Of a stretch of DNA of 64,000 bases, positions 63,686-64,000 are shown piece after piece. The stretch lies in contig CAVZGZ010000020.1 of assembly GCA_963774775.1 (NCBI GenBank), positions 43,889 to 107,888 of the forward strand, written 5' to 3'. The stretch comes from an uncultured Alphaproteobacteria bacterium. Its GTDB lineage: Bacteria; Pseudomonadota; Alphaproteobacteria; Rhizobiales; Xanthobacteraceae. The position numbers and the translations under genes are program-made. The notes below the pieces were generated by a model. It saw only the letters and a list, made by a program, of their open reading frames with translations. It ran no database searches and was not told the DNA's origin. Numbering within the stretch: position 1 is the first letter of the stretch; each line of letters opens with the position of its first letter.

Positions 63686-64000
63686 TCAGGCGTGCTGGCC
63701 CACGCGATGGGCGGCGGCCCAGGCGTCGATACGCACACGTCGTTCAGCGAAGGCCGCCGCCGTGCGCGCGTTCACCGCTTCCAGCACTTCTGCTGGCGCC
63801 GTGTCCGGGCGCCCGGAGTTGAAGGGCGGTTGAGGCGCATATTCCAAGCCGAGTTGAACCATCTCTGCCACGCGTGGTCCACGCAACTCCGCGATCAATG
63901 CCAACACGAAATCGATGCCGGCCGTGACGCCTCCGCCGGACAAGATATTGCCATCCCTTACGATGCGGCCCTCGTCGACGACGGCGCCGAAGACCGGAAG
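63686..64000 (-). CDS. DJ-1/PfpI family protein (isonitrile hydratase-like), 3' part only
   Basis: RIVRDGNILSGGGVTAGIDF, QLGLEYAPQPPFNSGRP; start lies beyond the window. Confidence 0.85.
   Translation of the reverse strand, partial: LPVFGAVVDEGRIVRDGNILSGGGVTAGIDFVLALIAELRGPRVAEMVQLGLEYAPQPPFNSGRPDTAPAEVLEAVNARTAAAFAERRVRIDAWAAAHRVGQHA

Overview
This is a high-GC alphaproteobacterial chromosome segment; gene order, REP-like repeats and the porin type point to Bradyrhizobium or a close Nitrobacteraceae relative. The backbone is housekeeping: rpmG, rnr, topA, dprA, plsY, pyrC/pyrB, ruvX, gatCAB, tRNA-Ser(GCT), a porin, a lytic transglycosylase, dapA, mscL and smpB. It is interrupted by small accessory insertions with no integrase or transposase. 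Single-base frameshifts hit many genes, including the normally essential gatB and dapA, so most are probably sequencing or assembly errors. Four observations stand out. (1) After gatB, a GANTC-rich promoter region precedes an unannotated 30-aa Lys-rich microprotein, followed directly by about 300 nt that folds on paper into an elaborate multibranch RNA; this is a candidate peptide plus ncRNA system. (2) A stand-alone fusion of a Glu-specific trypsin-like protease and an EndoG-type nuclease carries E|A motifs in its linker and beside the nuclease active site; it is a candidate proteolytically activated anti-phage nuclease. (3) Two nutrient-scavenging cassettes (AcpA plus diheme peroxidase; FGE plus two sulfatases plus HAD) are each bracketed by an intact and a decayed copy of neighbouring DNA, suggesting integrase-free homologous integration. 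(4) Several microproteins, REP/MITE families and gene fragments are also present. No CRISPR array, rRNA gene or IS transposase was seen. All family names come from motif recognition by eye, not from database searches.
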